Positions 1 to 10,061 of a stretch of DNA of 64,000 nt are shown here, in pieces. The position numbers and the translations under genes are program-made. Each line of letters begins with the position of its first letter. The first letter of the stretch is position 1. Source of the DNA: Armatimonadota bacterium (lineage in GTDB: Bacteria > Armatimonadota > UBA5829 > DSUL01); assembly GCA_039811685.1 (NCBI GenBank), contig JBDHZC010000002.1, positions 224,001-288,000 of the forward strand, written 5' to 3'. The notes below the pieces were generated by a model. It was given only the letters and a program-made list of their open reading frames with translations, did not search any database and had not been told where the DNA came from.

Positions 1-576
1 GACAGAGTGGTCACCATGGACCTGCATGCGGACGCTATCCAGGGATTTTTCGACGTGCCGGTTGACCACCTCACGGCCCTGTCGTTGCTGTCCAAACACT
101 TCAAAGACAAGAACCTGGAAAATCTAGTGGTCGTCTCCCCGGACGAGGGACGGGTAAAGAAAGCCCGGCAGGTTACGGAGCGCCTCCGGGCGCCTCTGGC
201 CGTCGGGTACAAGTTTCACCCGAAGCACAACGTGGCGGAAGTGACACACATCGCGGGGGATGTACAAGGGAAGACCCCTCTGATTATCGAAGACATGATA
301 GCGACGGGTGGCAGCATTACGGAGTGCGTCAACATGCTCTTGCAGGCTGGCGCGCGCCCGGAAATATACGTAGCGTGCACACACGGGCTGTTCACCGGCA
401 ACGCCAAGGCCAACCTGCAGCGCCCGGAGATCAAGGAGATTGTGACCACGGATACGGTGCCGGTGCCGCGCGATCATCTGCCGGACAATGCCACTGTGCT
501 GAGCGTTGCGCCGATTCTCGGAGAGGCAATTCTGCGACTGCGCGAAAACCGATCCATCTCAGAGCTTTTCGACTGA
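1..576 (+). CDS. prs: Ribose-phosphate pyrophosphokinase family protein, 5'-truncated by the window edge, divergent catalytic loop
   Basis: MDLHA..IQGFFD.PVDHL, VVVSPD and the PRT-type loop EDMIATGGS. The frame is open back to base 1. Confidence 0.9.
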   Translation, partial: DRVVTMDLHADAIQGFFDVPVDHLTALSLLSKHFKDKNLENLVVVSPDEGRVKKARQVTERLRAPLAVGYKFHPKHNVAEVTHIAGDVQGKTPLIIEDMIATGGSITECVNMLLQAGARPEIYVACTHGLFTGNAKANLQRPEIKEIVTTDTVPVPRDHLPDNATVLSVAPILGEAILRLRENRSISELFD

Positions 577-628
577 GCGCGCCCGGCACATAGCACCTCC
601 AGTTTTACGAAGGGAATGGGATCAGCCA

Positions 629-1030
629 ATGGCTCATCAGACTGAACTCAATATTCACACTACCAGAAAGCACGAATGTGTGGACGTCACTGAACTAATC
701 AGCCGGACAGTCAGCGACTCCGGGATCAAGACCGGCGTGTGTGTCATTTTCGTGCCGCACACCACCGCAGCGGTCATAGCCAACGAGCACTTCGACCCAA
801 ACGTCGCACACGACATTATCAATGCGCTGGATGAGCTGGTACCAACTAACAAGCAGTGGCGTCACCCGGAAGACAATGCGCCTGCTCACGTGAAAGCGGC
901 GCTGATGACCGGGTCTCTGAGCGTGCCTGTGACAGAGGGTCAACTGGCGACCGGACGGTGGCAGGGAATCTATTTTCTGGAGTTTGATGGGCCTCGCACT
1001 CGCAAGCTGAGCGTGACAGTGGTTGGCTGA
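629..1030 (+). CDS. yjbQ: YjbQ/UPF0047 family protein (secondary thiamine-phosphate synthase family)
   Basis: PHTTA, N..AH.KA and G.WQGIYFLEFDGPR motifs. ATG at 629 preferred over the ORF-track start. Confidence 0.9.
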   Translation: MAHQTELNIHTTRKHECVDVTELISRTVSDSGIKTGVCVIFVPHTTAAVIANEHFDPNVAHDIINALDELVPTNKQWRHPEDNAPAHVKAALMTGSLSVPVTEGQLATGRWQGIYFLEFDGPRTRKLSVTVVG

Positions 1031-1135
1031 GGTCTGCCGACTGGACGGACACCGCAACGCAGAGTTGACTACGCTGCCTGAGGCTTTGAGAGTTCTGATG
1101 AAAACTCTGGCCATCACCACCGACGGAGGTGAGAT

Positions 1136-2650
1136 GTGAAAGCTGTTCTTCTGATCGCTTTGCTTACTATGGCTGCTCCGGTGTGGGCTGCGCAGGTCTG
1201 GACAGCCCCTGCGGCTTTGAAAATCCGGGAGAGCGCCACTGCGCCGGACTCACCGGAGCAGATGATAGCGCTTGAGGCCGCAAAGCGCGAATACGCAGCC
1301 TTCCAGATAGCCTTACGCTCAGATACAGACATCGCCTCAGTCACAGCGCTACCAACAGAGCTTTCTGGCGCCGGGACTATCAGCGCCCGGAGGGTGTCCA
1401 TCTGGCGGCAGCACTACGTGGACACAATAGACGGCCGCCTGCCAGACCCTCTATCGCCTTTGAGAAGCGTGGACTTGAAGGCGGGTGTCACACAGCCGCT
1501 GTACGTTGAGATTGAGATTCCCGCAAGCGCCCGCGAAGGGGACTATGCTGGCGCTGTCTCGCTGAGAGCGGATGGCAAAGAGTTTGCGCGCGTCAATGTG
1601 CGGCTGCGCGTGTACGGCTTCGCGCTGCCAGCTACTCCTGCGCTGACGACGGCGTTCGGGCTTCTGGACGAGCCGATGGCGGAGCAGGAAGGCCTCACAA
1701 AAGGCACAGCCGCTTACGAGCGCTACAGGCGGGCTTACTACGGGATTCTGCTGGAGCACGGTCTCTCCGCGTACAACATTCCAGCCGATCTCAACACCGA
1801 CGAAGGCGCTAGATATCTGAACGATCCGCGCATGACCTCCTTCGTAATTCCCTACTCTGAAGACGACGCCGTGCAAAAGAAGACACTGCAGCGTCTGAAG
1901 AGTGGCGGCTGGCTGGACAAGGGCTTCTTCTACGTTGTGGACGAGCCTGTCAACAAGGAGCAGTACGCCAACCTGATCAAAATCTGTGAGCGTTTGCACG
2001 CTCTGGAGCCTCGGGCGCGCATCATCGCGCCTTACTACCGTGGACCGGATTTTGACGAAAAGACAACGGTATTTGATCTCCTGACAGGCAAGCTCGACAT
2101 CTGGTGCTACAACACCTTCTACCATCAGCCGGACGAACTGGCGAAACGCCAGGCGGCCGGCGACGAAGTCTGGGACTATGTCTGCTGTGGGCCCGGAAAA
2201 CCTTACGCCAACTTCTTTATTCAAAACGACGGTATAGACCACCGGATTCTCTTTTGGCAGAACTGGAAGTACGATACCACCGGGCTGCTTTACTGGTGCG
2301 CCAACTACTGGAACGGCAAGGATACCGGCACGAAGGACCCATGGGTGGACATGGCAACTATCAAGTTCATCAACAAGGACGTGTACGGCGACGGCTCGCT
2401 GCTGTATCCAGGCCGGAAAGCGGGCTATCCGGGACCGTTGCCATCGCTGCGCCTGAAGATCATTCGACAGGGGATGCAGGACTACGACTATATCGCAATG
2501 GCAGCCGCTGCGGCCGGTCCTGCGAGAGTGCGCAGAATCGTTGACACTCAGGCAGCAAGCTGGAGTGATTACCAGAAAGACCCGATTGCGCTCAATGCCA
2601 CCAGAGCGCGCCTGGCGGCGCTGATTCTCGCAGACAAAATCGGATCGTGA
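1136..2650 (+). CDS. Secreted DUF4091 / GH123-like glycoside hydrolase
   Basis: Signal peptide, YVVDEP, W.YVCC.P, GLLYW, GDGSLLYPG and SLRL..IRQG.QDYDY. GGAGG RBS before the GTG. Confidence 0.75.
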   Translation: MKAVLLIALLTMAAPVWAAQVWTAPAALKIRESATAPDSPEQMIALEAAKREYAAFQIALRSDTDIASVTALPTELSGAGTISARRVSIWRQHYVDTIDGRLPDPLSPLRSVDLKAGVTQPLYVEIEIPASAREGDYAGAVSLRADGKEFARVNVRLRVYGFALPATPALTTAFGLLDEPMAEQEGLTKGTAAYERYRRAYYGILLEHGLSAYNIPADLNTDEGARYLNDPRMTSFVIPYSEDDAVQKKTLQRLKSGGWLDKGFFYVVDEPVNKEQYANLIKICERLHALEPRARIIAPYYRGPDFDEKTTVFDLLTGKLDIWCYNTFYHQPDELAKRQAAGDEVWDYVCCGPGKPYANFFIQNDGIDHRILFWQNWKYDTTGLLYWCANYWNGKDTGTKDPWVDMATIKFINKDVYGDGSLLYPGRKAGYPGPLPSLRLKIIRQGMQDYDYIAMAAAAAGPARVRRIVDTQAASWSDYQKDPIALNATRARLAALILADKIGS

Positions 2651-3390
2651 AGCCGTTGCGCCACCGGGCAGATCTGCCGGATTTCAGCCTTCGCCACGAC
2701 CGCCGCTTCAAACATCTGAGACTGACAGTCACGCCAAGTGAAGAGCTAGTGGTAACCGGCCCACCTGGCGTGACTCAGGCGAGGGCAAGAGCTTTTGTGA
2801 AAGAGAATCTGGAGTGGATTGCCGGAGCCGTGCAGCGCACGCGGCAACACTCGCAGCGCTTGAGCAGCACCGCGCCAACTGCCCTTCCAGAGAGCGTAAA
2901 CTTTACCGCTATTCAACAGACGTGGACCGTAGTTTACAACTCGTCTCAACGCTGTGGCGCAATCAGATACAGGGCACAGCGGGGCTGTGTCGAGCTTCAC
3001 GGGGAGACAGCTAACCGCGCCCTGGTTCTTGCTACGCTCAGAGAGTTTGTCCGCACCCAGGCGTCACAGCACCTGTCGCATCTGCTGCGGTCGCTGGCAG
3101 ATCAGACCGGCCATTCATACGCCAGAGTACGCTTTGGAACGCAGCGCACGCGCTGGGGAAGCTGCTCGCGCCGCGGCACGATTTCACTCAACAGCCAGCT
3201 TCTCTTCCTGCCAGCGGAGCTTGTGCGTCACGTTATGGCGCATGAGCTGGCGCACACGCGTCATCTGGACCACTCCAGCGACTTCTGGGCACTGGTAACC
3301 CGGATGGACCCGGACTGCCAGCGCCACAGGCAGGAGTTGCGAACAGCGCACCGTCACATTCCACAGTGGTTCCTCGAGACGTTCCGCTGA
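2647..3390 (+). CDS. YgjP/DUF45 (SprT/M48-like) metal-dependent hydrolase
   Basis: QRTRWGSCS, HELAH, H...FW. Start overlaps the upstream stop (GTGA). Confidence 0.85.
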   Translation: MKPLRHRADLPDFSLRHDRRFKHLRLTVTPSEELVVTGPPGVTQARARAFVKENLEWIAGAVQRTRQHSQRLSSTAPTALPESVNFTAIQQTWTVVYNSSQRCGAIRYRAQRGCVELHGETANRALVLATLREFVRTQASQHLSHLLRSLADQTGHSYARVRFGTQRTRWGSCSRRGTISLNSQLLFLPAELVRHVMAHELAHTRHLDHSSDFWALVTRMDPDCQRHRQELRTAHRHIPQWFLETFR

Positions 3391-3480
3391 CCGCGCAGTA
3401 ATCCGGATTCTTTACGCGACTCGGGAGCGGGGATAGTTCGCGCAGCGGGGAAATAGCCAGAGGCGGGTAGCGAAGGTCGC

Positions 3481-4608
3481 CTACCTGCCGGGCAGGGCTT
3501 TGCCGGGCGCACCGCCTGCGTAGCCTGTCAATTCGACGTACCCTTCACCGCTGACAGAACGCCCGGCGTGTGAGCCTTCCGCGCGGACTGCCCCTTCCCA
3601 ATAGGAAACTCCCGTCGTTCCCGCTGTCACCAGTTCCTGATCTTTGAGCAAGGGAGTCACGCTCAGACGCAGCTTCTCCTTCGGCGCCATGAGAGTCCAC
3701 CCGCTGGGATAAAGACCGCCGGTCCGCGGGCTCTTCCAGTGACCGTTCGCGCGAATGGAGAAGTCTTTCTGACTCAGGCTCAGCGTTGTGCCGTCGCTTC
3801 GGACTATTGTGCCGCTGGAATAGGGCGTGGGGCGGCTGCGTGCGTCCCTCAGTGAGTACAGCATCAGATCACTGCCGTCTGAAAGGCGAAGCGAAAACCA
3901 GTCCCACCCCTTCTGATTCGGCGCAAGCTCGCTGGTTCCCCACTCGTGGTCCATCCAGGTCATCCCACTTACAGAGTAGCGCTTGCCCTGTACGCTGAGC
4001 GATCCACGTGTCACCAGACGCGGGACAGAATAGTAGTAGTTGGCGTTGCCAGCGCCCGGCCCCTTCTGGCTGAGACCGTCGCGGCCGTTGAGTACAGGCG
4101 GGCGCTTTGCTCTGAGCGTAAGGTCGATTTCGTGCCCGTTTGCGCTCGCCCGCAGTCTCATAGCCTCACCACTTTGTCTGACTGACCACTGCCCTGCGCT
4201 GCCATCGGGCCCAATGAACACATCCAGCTTGTCAGCAGAGTAGCCTGCGAGTCCCAGTACCGGACGCCCGACTCTTTGATCGTAGAAGAAGCGCTTTGCA
4301 CTGACATCTGTCACTGCAAAGTGCGCGAACAGCACGTCGCGGGTCGCCCAGTGAGACGCGCGCGCCCGCAGGCTGGGCGCCAGGGCGACACGGAAGAAGG
4401 TGAGTTCATAGCCAAACTCGCGCTTTCCGGAGGACACAATGCCTGTGTAATACCACCATTCCGTACGGTAGCCGGGATGCGCGGCGTGGTCACTTGGAAA
4501 GGTGAAGGCCCGGATACGCGTGGCGCGCTCGAAGCCCTCGCCAGTTCCCAGCGCCGGAATCCCTGCAAACGCAAGAAGCGCGATGGCGAGAAGCGCCCTA
4601 GCTTTCAT
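3481..4608 (-). CDS. Secreted lipocalin-like AttH/CrtC family protein
   Basis: FPSDHAAHP.YRTEWWYYTG, YYYSVP, WMDHEW, GWDWF, YWEG, GYVELTGY. Signal peptide from the ATG at 4608. Confidence 0.85.
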   Translation of the reverse strand: MKARALLAIALLAFAGIPALGTGEGFERATRIRAFTFPSDHAAHPGYRTEWWYYTGIVSSGKREFGYELTFFRVALAPSLRARASHWATRDVLFAHFAVTDVSAKRFFYDQRVGRPVLGLAGYSADKLDVFIGPDGSAGQWSVRQSGEAMRLRASANGHEIDLTLRAKRPPVLNGRDGLSQKGPGAGNANYYYSVPRLVTRGSLSVQGKRYSVSGMTWMDHEWGTSELAPNQKGWDWFSLRLSDGSDLMLYSLRDARSRPTPYSSGTIVRSDGTTLSLSQKDFSIRANGHWKSPRTGGLYPSGWTLMAPKEKLRLSVTPLLKDQELVTAGTTGVSYWEGAVRAEGSHAGRSVSGEGYVELTGYAGGAPGKALPGR

Positions 4609-7168
4609 CGCGCACCGCCTCCGCCGCCTGCATCCGTGAAGCGAATCTGGCTGGCAGAAGTCCGGCCAGCAGACTGGCTGCGACCACCCACACCGCTGCT
4701 TCAAAAAACCACTTTGCCTCCAGCAAGGGGATGATTGTCCACCCGAAGAAGAGCTTGTTGATCACCTGAATCAGCACCATTGCCAGAACCGGGCCGCAAG
4801 CCATGCCGAGGACAGTCCCGAAAATGCCAATAAGCCCGCTTTCCATAACGGCCATGCGCGCCAGTTGCCCTCGAGAAGCCCCCACAGCCCGCATAACGCC
4901 AAGCTCTCGCCGTCTCTGCAAAATCAGTGTGGACATTGTCGTGATCACTCCCATAACGGCAATGACTACCGCAACAACCTTGAGAGCGTTAGTGATGGCA
5001 AACGTGCGATCAAAAATCGTGAGAGCCCGGGCTTTGAGCGCTCTATTTGGCAGTACAACGATGTCATAGCGCCCGCCAATGCGCCGAAGCAGCTCTGTGC
5101 GGACGGACTCCGCAGTAAAGCCCGGTTTCACGTAGACCGCGGCGGTGTCAACGCGTTCGTCCTTCCAGAGACGGCTGTAGAGTGGACGATGGATGACGAT
5201 CAGACCTGCCTCCGTCGTGTAATCGTAGAAAACTCCGGCGATTCTGAATCTGTGCATTCCGGTTGGCGTGGCCAGCTCCAGAAGGTCTCCCCGTTTCTTC
5301 CCGAACCTGTTAGAAAACGTCTCGCTGACGAGAACTTCGTCTCTGGAGAGGGCTTCACGGACACGCTGATGAGTATTGGCGCCGTCGAGAAAGAGCAGCC
5401 GGCTGTTATCCGCCATCTTGCGGAGATCGAATGCGTACAGGTCGGCCTGTTTGCCGTCAATGACGACACTGTTCACGCGCAGCGTATCCCATGATCGCAC
5501 GCCGGGCATTGTCCTGATTGTATTGACGACGCCAGCCGGGAGCTCGCTGTAAACGTGAGTCACCAGGCGCGAGGCGGGTTCGATGAAAAGATCCGCCCGG
5601 ATCGTCTGATCCATCCAGACTACGACTGTGCGCCGGAACGAACCAACCATCATATTCAGCGCAATCAGCATGGTGACAGCCGCCGCCAGCGCCGCAATGA
5701 CTACGGCCGTCCGCTCCAGTGACTGCACTATCCAGCCAGCCGCCAGAGCGCCCTCAATACCTCCAGCTTTGCGCGCGGGCCACCTCGCCAGCCACGCCAG
5801 ACCAACCGTCACGATCGGCGCGGCCAGAGAACTGGCCACCAGAACCAGTCCCGCGCTCGCAAAGCCTGCCAGCCCGTCTCTGGCCTCGAGTGACCAGAGA
5901 GCCAACCGCCACGCCAGCAGCCCCGAGACCACCGCGCCAGAGCTCACCCACAGAAGCCGCGCCCTTCGCCCCTGTATCAAAGAACCCTCTCGCGCCGCCA
6001 GGCCCGGCCGCGTTGAAGCCGCCTCAAGAGCGGGGACCAGCCCGCTCACCAGCGCCGCTACTACCCCAAGCGCCAGTCCCCAGACCAGCGTCGGAGTATC
6101 CACAAAAACCTGTGTGGTTTTGACAGCCGCGTACATCGTGGAGACTGTCGCGCTTACACTGCCAAGCGCAAGGCGCGACAGCCCAACTCCAAGCCCAAGC
6201 CCCACAAACGCTCCCACAACACCGCAAACCAGCGCCTCGCCCAGAAACAGCAGTGCAATCTGTGTCCGCGAAACGCCAATGCAGCGCGCCATGCCAATCT
6301 CCTGACGTCGCTGAATGACAGAGAGCGACACACTGTTGAAAATCAGGAATGCGCCGACAAACAGCGCGACAAGCGCCAGAGCCACAAGATTCAGACGGAA
6401 GCTGGCAATCATCGACTCCACCTGATCGCCGCGTGACGCCGGACGCGCCACCTCCGCACCCGGGAACAGCCTGGAAGCCTCAAGACGCACGCGGTTGAAC
6501 GTCCGGCCTTCATCAGCCACGACGTCAATACCCGTAACCCGTCCAATCTGCCCGAAGCTCTCCTGCGCCGCCGCGATATCCATCACAGCCACATCGCCGC
6601 CGTACGCCCGCAGCAGTCCCTGCTCCGGGAGCAGCATCTGTATGACAAACGGAAGCTTACGTCCAGCGTCAGAAAGCCAGACTGTCTGTCCGGTCTTCCA
6701 ACCGTTACGCTTTGCGAAAGGCTCGCTGACGGCGATCGCGTCCCGCCGGGTAACCATGGGAAGAACATCAGCCGGGCCGTAACGGGCGGCAGCCCTCAGC
6801 GCCGACTGGACGCGCAGATCACTGAAGAGATCCAGGCCGACAACCAGAACGGACTCACCTGGCTTGCCGGACACAGTCGCAATGGCTTCGATTTTCGGAT
6901 CGGCTCGCCTGACTCCTGGAACTGCCAGCAACCGAGCGATTTTCCGCTCATCCAATCCCTGCGAGCGCCCGGAGACCTGCAGGTTCGCATCTCCCGCCAG
7001 AGAGCTGACGCTTTCCCTAAACGAAGTCACAGCGCTGCCGCTTGCCAGGCGAATAGCCACAAAGACCGCGACCCCAAGGGCGACACCCAGAATCGAGACC
7101 GCAGCCCGCCCGAACTGACCTGAAAAATGCCGCAGAGAAATCCAGCTAGCCAGCCGCGCCAGCAACAT
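4598..7168 (-). CDS. FtsX/MacB-like ABC transporter permease with two permease domains (AttG-like)
   Basis: Two permease halves (QRRQEIGMAR..G; QRRRELGVMRAVG) and multiple TM helices. GGAGG RBS before the ATG at 7168. Confidence 0.85.
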   Translation of the reverse strand: MLLARLASWISLRHFSGQFGRAAVSILGVALGVAVFVAIRLASGSAVTSFRESVSSLAGDANLQVSGRSQGLDERKIARLLAVPGVRRADPKIEAIATVSGKPGESVLVVGLDLFSDLRVQSALRAAARYGPADVLPMVTRRDAIAVSEPFAKRNGWKTGQTVWLSDAGRKLPFVIQMLLPEQGLLRAYGGDVAVMDIAAAQESFGQIGRVTGIDVVADEGRTFNRVRLEASRLFPGAEVARPASRGDQVESMIASFRLNLVALALVALFVGAFLIFNSVSLSVIQRRQEIGMARCIGVSRTQIALLFLGEALVCGVVGAFVGLGLGVGLSRLALGSVSATVSTMYAAVKTTQVFVDTPTLVWGLALGVVAALVSGLVPALEAASTRPGLAAREGSLIQGRRARLLWVSSGAVVSGLLAWRLALWSLEARDGLAGFASAGLVLVASSLAAPIVTVGLAWLARWPARKAGGIEGALAAGWIVQSLERTAVVIAALAAAVTMLIALNMMVGSFRRTVVVWMDQTIRADLFIEPASRLVTHVYSELPAGVVNTIRTMPGVRSWDTLRVNSVVIDGKQADLYAFDLRKMADNSRLLFLDGANTHQRVREALSRDEVLVSETFSNRFGKKRGDLLELATPTGMHRFRIAGVFYDYTTEAGLIVIHRPLYSRLWKDERVDTAAVYVKPGFTAESVRTELLRRIGGRYDIVVLPNRALKARALTIFDRTFAITNALKVVAVVIAVMGVITTMSTLILQRRRELGVMRAVGASRGQLARMAVMESGLIGIFGTVLGMACGPVLAMVLIQVINKLFFGWTIIPLLEAKWFFEAAVWVVAASLLAGLLPARFASRMQAAEAVRDES

Positions 7169-7835
7169 GAACGTCCTCCACGCGCCCATCACGCATATGC
7201 ACTATTGCATCTGCGATAGCGGCGGCTTCGCGACTGTGCGTCACCATAACAACAGTCGTTTCCATCTCCTCTGAGAGCTCCTCCAGCAGCGACAACACTT
7301 CCGCAGCCGCATGCGAGTCCAGATTGCCTGTGGGCTCATCAGCCAGCAGCACAGACGGATTGTTGATGAGCGCTCGGGCGATACTGGCGCGCTGCATCTC
7401 TCCTCCGGAAAGCTGATGAGGGCGGTGACTCAGTCTGTGCGCAAGACCCACCCGCGCAGCCAGCGACTCCGCCCTGGCGCTGGCCTGGCGCTCTGGAGAC
7501 CCGACGAGCAGTGCGGGGAGGGCAATGTTCTCGCCTACGGTGAGCGTTGGCAGCAGATTGTAAAACTGAAAGACGACGCCCACAACCCGCCGTCGATACT
7601 CCGTCAAACGCGCCTCAGACATCGCGCCCGGGCGCAAGGCGTTGACGTCAATCTCACCGGAGGATGGCCTGTCCAGTCCAGCCAGCAGGTTCAGAAGGGT
7701 GCTCTTACCGCAACCACTCGGGCCCATAACCGCTGTAAACTGTCCACGGGGAATGTGCAGATTCACACTGTCGAGCGCCACAACCGGGCCGGCCTCTGAA
7801 TCATAGCGTTTGCAAAGGTTTGTAGTGGTGATCAT
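7146..7835 (-). CDS. LolD/MacB-type ABC transporter ATP-binding protein (AttE-like)
   Basis: [31 protein letters not shown]. Confidence 0.92.
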   Translation of the reverse strand: MITTTNLCKRYDSEAGPVVALDSVNLHIPRGQFTAVMGPSGCGKSTLLNLLAGLDRPSSGEIDVNALRPGAMSEARLTEYRRRVVGVVFQFYNLLPTLTVGENIALPALLVGSPERQASARAESLAARVGLAHRLSHRPHQLSGGEMQRASIARALINNPSVLLADEPTGNLDSHAAAEVLSLLEELSEEMETTVVMVTHSREAAAIADAIVHMRDGRVEDVHVAGAAG

Positions 7836-7933
7836 GGCACTGGTGATTTCAACGCAGCTCCTAGCGGCAGTGTTACCCGTTTTCGCCTTTGCCGCCGCGA
7901 TCTGTCTGCGATAATAGAACGCGAATGGGCAGG

Positions 7934-7962
7934 TTGACATTCGCGCAGGCAGTGATTATACT
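7934..7962 (+). promoter_or_regulatory. Sigma70-type promoter of cysK
   Basis: TTGACA (7934-7939), 17 bp spacer, TATACT (7957-7962). Confidence 0.8.
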
Positions 7963-7974
7963 TATTTTGCGGTT

Positions 7975-8012
7975 ATATCCGACTAATTCAGTAAACATAG
8001 TCAATTTTGACT
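7975..8012. promoter_or_regulatory. Candidate Rrf2-family (IscR/CymR-like) operator downstream of the cysK promoter
   Basis: ATATCCGACTAATTCAGTAAACATA resembles the IscR type-1 site (GACT-N5-AGT core). Adjacent near-palindrome AGTCAA-TT-TTGACT (7999-8012). Confidence 0.5.
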
Positions 8013-8077
8013 GGGCGCTGGCATAGAGAGACCCTTCTTCGCCTCTGTGCAGGTCCGGCCAGCATTGGAGGTCTATC

Positions 8078-9061
8078 ATGGGATACTACGAAGACAATTC
8101 TCTGAGCATCGGGCGCACACCACTTGTCAAGCTAAACCATGTGGTGGATGGCGCAAACGCTACGATTCTGGTCAAGGTTGAAGGCCGCAATCCGGCCTAT
8201 TCTGTCAAATGCCGCATTGGCGCCGCCATGGTGTGGGACGCCGAGAAGCGCGGTGTTCTGGGTCCGGGCAAGGTGATTCTCGAAGCCACGAGTGGCAATA
8301 CGGGGATTGCGCTGGCGTACGTCGGCGCGGCGCGAGGCTACCCGGTCACTATCGTCATGCCGGAAAACATGAGTTTGGAGCGGCGCAAAGTCGTGACGGC
8401 GCTGGGAGCAAATATCGTGCTCACGCCAGCAACCGGCGGAACCAAGCGAGCGGTCGAGCTGGCGAAGGAGATGGCAGCAGCCGAGCCGGACAAATACGTT
8501 CTGATGGATCAGTTCAAGAACCCGGCCAATCCGGACATCCATGAGAAAACCACCGGCCCCGAGATATGGAACGATACGGACGGAAAGATTGACGTTCTGG
8601 TGTCAGGGGTGGGGACAGGCGGCACAATTACGGGCGTATCGCGCTACATCAAGAAGCAGCAGGAAAAGCCGATTGTTTCCGTCGCCGTTGAGCCGAAAGA
8701 CAGCCCGGTTATCACCCAGAAAATGAACGGCGAGCCTCTGCAGCCCGGCCCTCACAAGATTCAGGGACTTGGCGCGGGCTTTATTCCGGACACACTGGAT
8801 CTGTCGTTGGTGGACCGTGTTGAGCAGGTAACTAACGAGGACGCCATCGAAATGGCGCGGCGCTTGTCCAGCGAAGAGGGTATTCTCTCGGGAATCTCCT
8901 CGGGCGCTGCTGTCGTCGCCGCGGTTCGCTTGGGCAAGCTTCCGGAGTTTGCGGGCAAGACTATTGTCGCTGTGCTGCCGGACGCGGCCGAGCGCTATCT
9001 CTCCAGTGTGCTGTTTGAGGGGATTTTCAAGAAGATCGAGACCGCCACGGCTACAGCCTGA
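8078..9061 (+). CDS. cysK: Cysteine synthase A
   Basis: [11 protein letters not shown] (PLP Lys), [34 protein letters not shown]. Confidence 0.97.
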   Translation: MGYYEDNSLSIGRTPLVKLNHVVDGANATILVKVEGRNPAYSVKCRIGAAMVWDAEKRGVLGPGKVILEATSGNTGIALAYVGAARGYPVTIVMPENMSLERRKVVTALGANIVLTPATGGTKRAVELAKEMAAAEPDKYVLMDQFKNPANPDIHEKTTGPEIWNDTDGKIDVLVSGVGTGGTITGVSRYIKKQQEKPIVSVAVEPKDSPVITQKMNGEPLQPGPHKIQGLGAGFIPDTLDLSLVDRVEQVTNEDAIEMARRLSSEEGILSGISSGAAVVAAVRLGKLPEFAGKTIVAVLPDAAERYLSSVLFEGIFKKIETATATA

Positions 9062-9114
9062 CGCAAGGCCCTGTGCCTCAGCGTCTTCCTCTCACAAACA
9101 ACAGTGTCTTTTCC

Positions 9115-9146
9115 GGCGGCGCCGCAGTGGCGCCGCCTTTCTTTTT
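9115..9146 (+). terminator. Intrinsic terminator after cysK
   Basis: GGCGGCGCC-gcagt-GGCGCCGCC followed by TTTCTTTTT. Confidence 0.85.
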
Positions 9147-9285
9147 CCCGGATAGATGAGCGATCCGCTCCAGGTGCACTCTACCTGCGGAAGTGAGGCG
9201 GGACGCGGACAGGGAGGATATCTTGAGCTCTGAGGCGGCTGTTGCCCGTAGCAAAAAGAGTGAAAAAACTTCTTCGAGTGATGCG

Positions 9286-9315
9286 TTGACAAGCCGCAGA
9301 AGCATTCGATAGAAT
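9286..9315 (+). promoter_or_regulatory. Sigma70-type promoter of the pyr operon
   Basis: TTGACA, 18 bp spacer, TAGAAT, upstream of the PyrR leader. Confidence 0.7.
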
Positions 9316-9362
9316 GCGCTGTAGCATCCGGGCAATAGAGTCCGGCGGGACTGAAAAGTCCA

Positions 9363-9406
9363 CGTCAAGCCTTTAAGTTGGTCCTGTGAGGCCGGTAAGG
9401 AAGACG
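9363..9406 (+). ncRNA. PyrR-binding RNA element (anti-antiterminator) in the pyr leader
   Basis: CCTTTAA...GGTCCTGTGAGGCC...AAGG matches the UUUAA / RUCCNGNGAGGY PyrR loop. Closed by CGTC/GACG. Lies directly upstream of pyrR. Confidence 0.85.
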
Positions 9407-9444
9407 CCAGTGAAAGCACCACAACTGAAACTGAACTCGTTATG

Positions 9445-9477
9445 GGCCACCTTGCGGACGGCAGGGAGGCCTTTTTT
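9445..9477 (+). terminator. Attenuator terminator of the pyr leader
   Basis: GGCC-a-CCTTGC / GCAGGG-a-GGCC stem followed by TTTTTT, between the PyrR loop and the pyrR start. Confidence 0.8.
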
Positions 9478-9509
9478 GTGCCTGAAGGCGGAAAGGCGCG
9501 GCAAGCGAG

Positions 9510-10061
9510 ATGGATGAGGTGATCCAGGTGATGAGCGCGGACGACATCCGGCGGGCAGTGACGCGTATCGCACACGAGATCATTGAGCGCAACAACGGCG
9601 CGGCTGACCTCTTTATTGTGGGCATCCAGAAAAAGGGAGTACCCTTCGCGCGGCGCATCCAGCAGACGCTGCAGGCTATTGAGAACCTGCCCGTTCCGTT
9701 TGGGACTCTGGACATCACGCTCTACCGCGATGACTTCGGATCCCACACGTCCGCCCTTGACCCGACAGATATTCCAGAATCCATTACCGGCAAGACCGTG
9801 ATTCTGGTGGACGAGGTTATTTTCACCGGTCGCACCGTGCGCAGCGCGCTCAATGCGCTCATGGATTTTGGCCGGCCGTCCACTATCCAGCTTGCGGTAC
9901 TCGTTGACAGGGGACACCGGGAGTTGCCCATCCGGCCGGACTTTGTGGGCAAGAACATCCCCACATCACGGCGTGAGGACGTAGAAGTGGACCTGGCGAG
10001 TGACCCTCAGAACGACCGCGTGACGATCCGCAAGTTGGCAGAGCAGGAGGCGACCCAATGA
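9510..10061 (+). CDS. pyrR: Bifunctional pyr operon regulator / uracil phosphoribosyltransferase PyrR
   Basis: [48 protein letters not shown]. Confidence 0.97.
   Translation: MDEVIQVMSADDIRRAVTRIAHEIIERNNGAADLFIVGIQKKGVPFARRIQQTLQAIENLPVPFGTLDITLYRDDFGSHTSALDPTDIPESITGKTVILVDEVIFTGRTVRSALNALMDFGRPSTIQLAVLVDRGHRELPIRPDFVGKNIPTSRREDVEVDLASDPQNDRVTIRKLAEQEATQ

Noticed and set aside
1089..1108. CTGATGA followed by AAA, reminiscent of a hammerhead ribozyme core
   Set aside because: It is only the loop of a small AGAGTT/AACTCT hairpin. There is no stem II between CUGAUGA and GAAA and no three-way junction.
9078..9917. 279-aa minus-strand ORF across the pyr leader
   Set aside because: It overlaps pyrR, the promoter and the attenuator antisense, and has no recognisable protein features.
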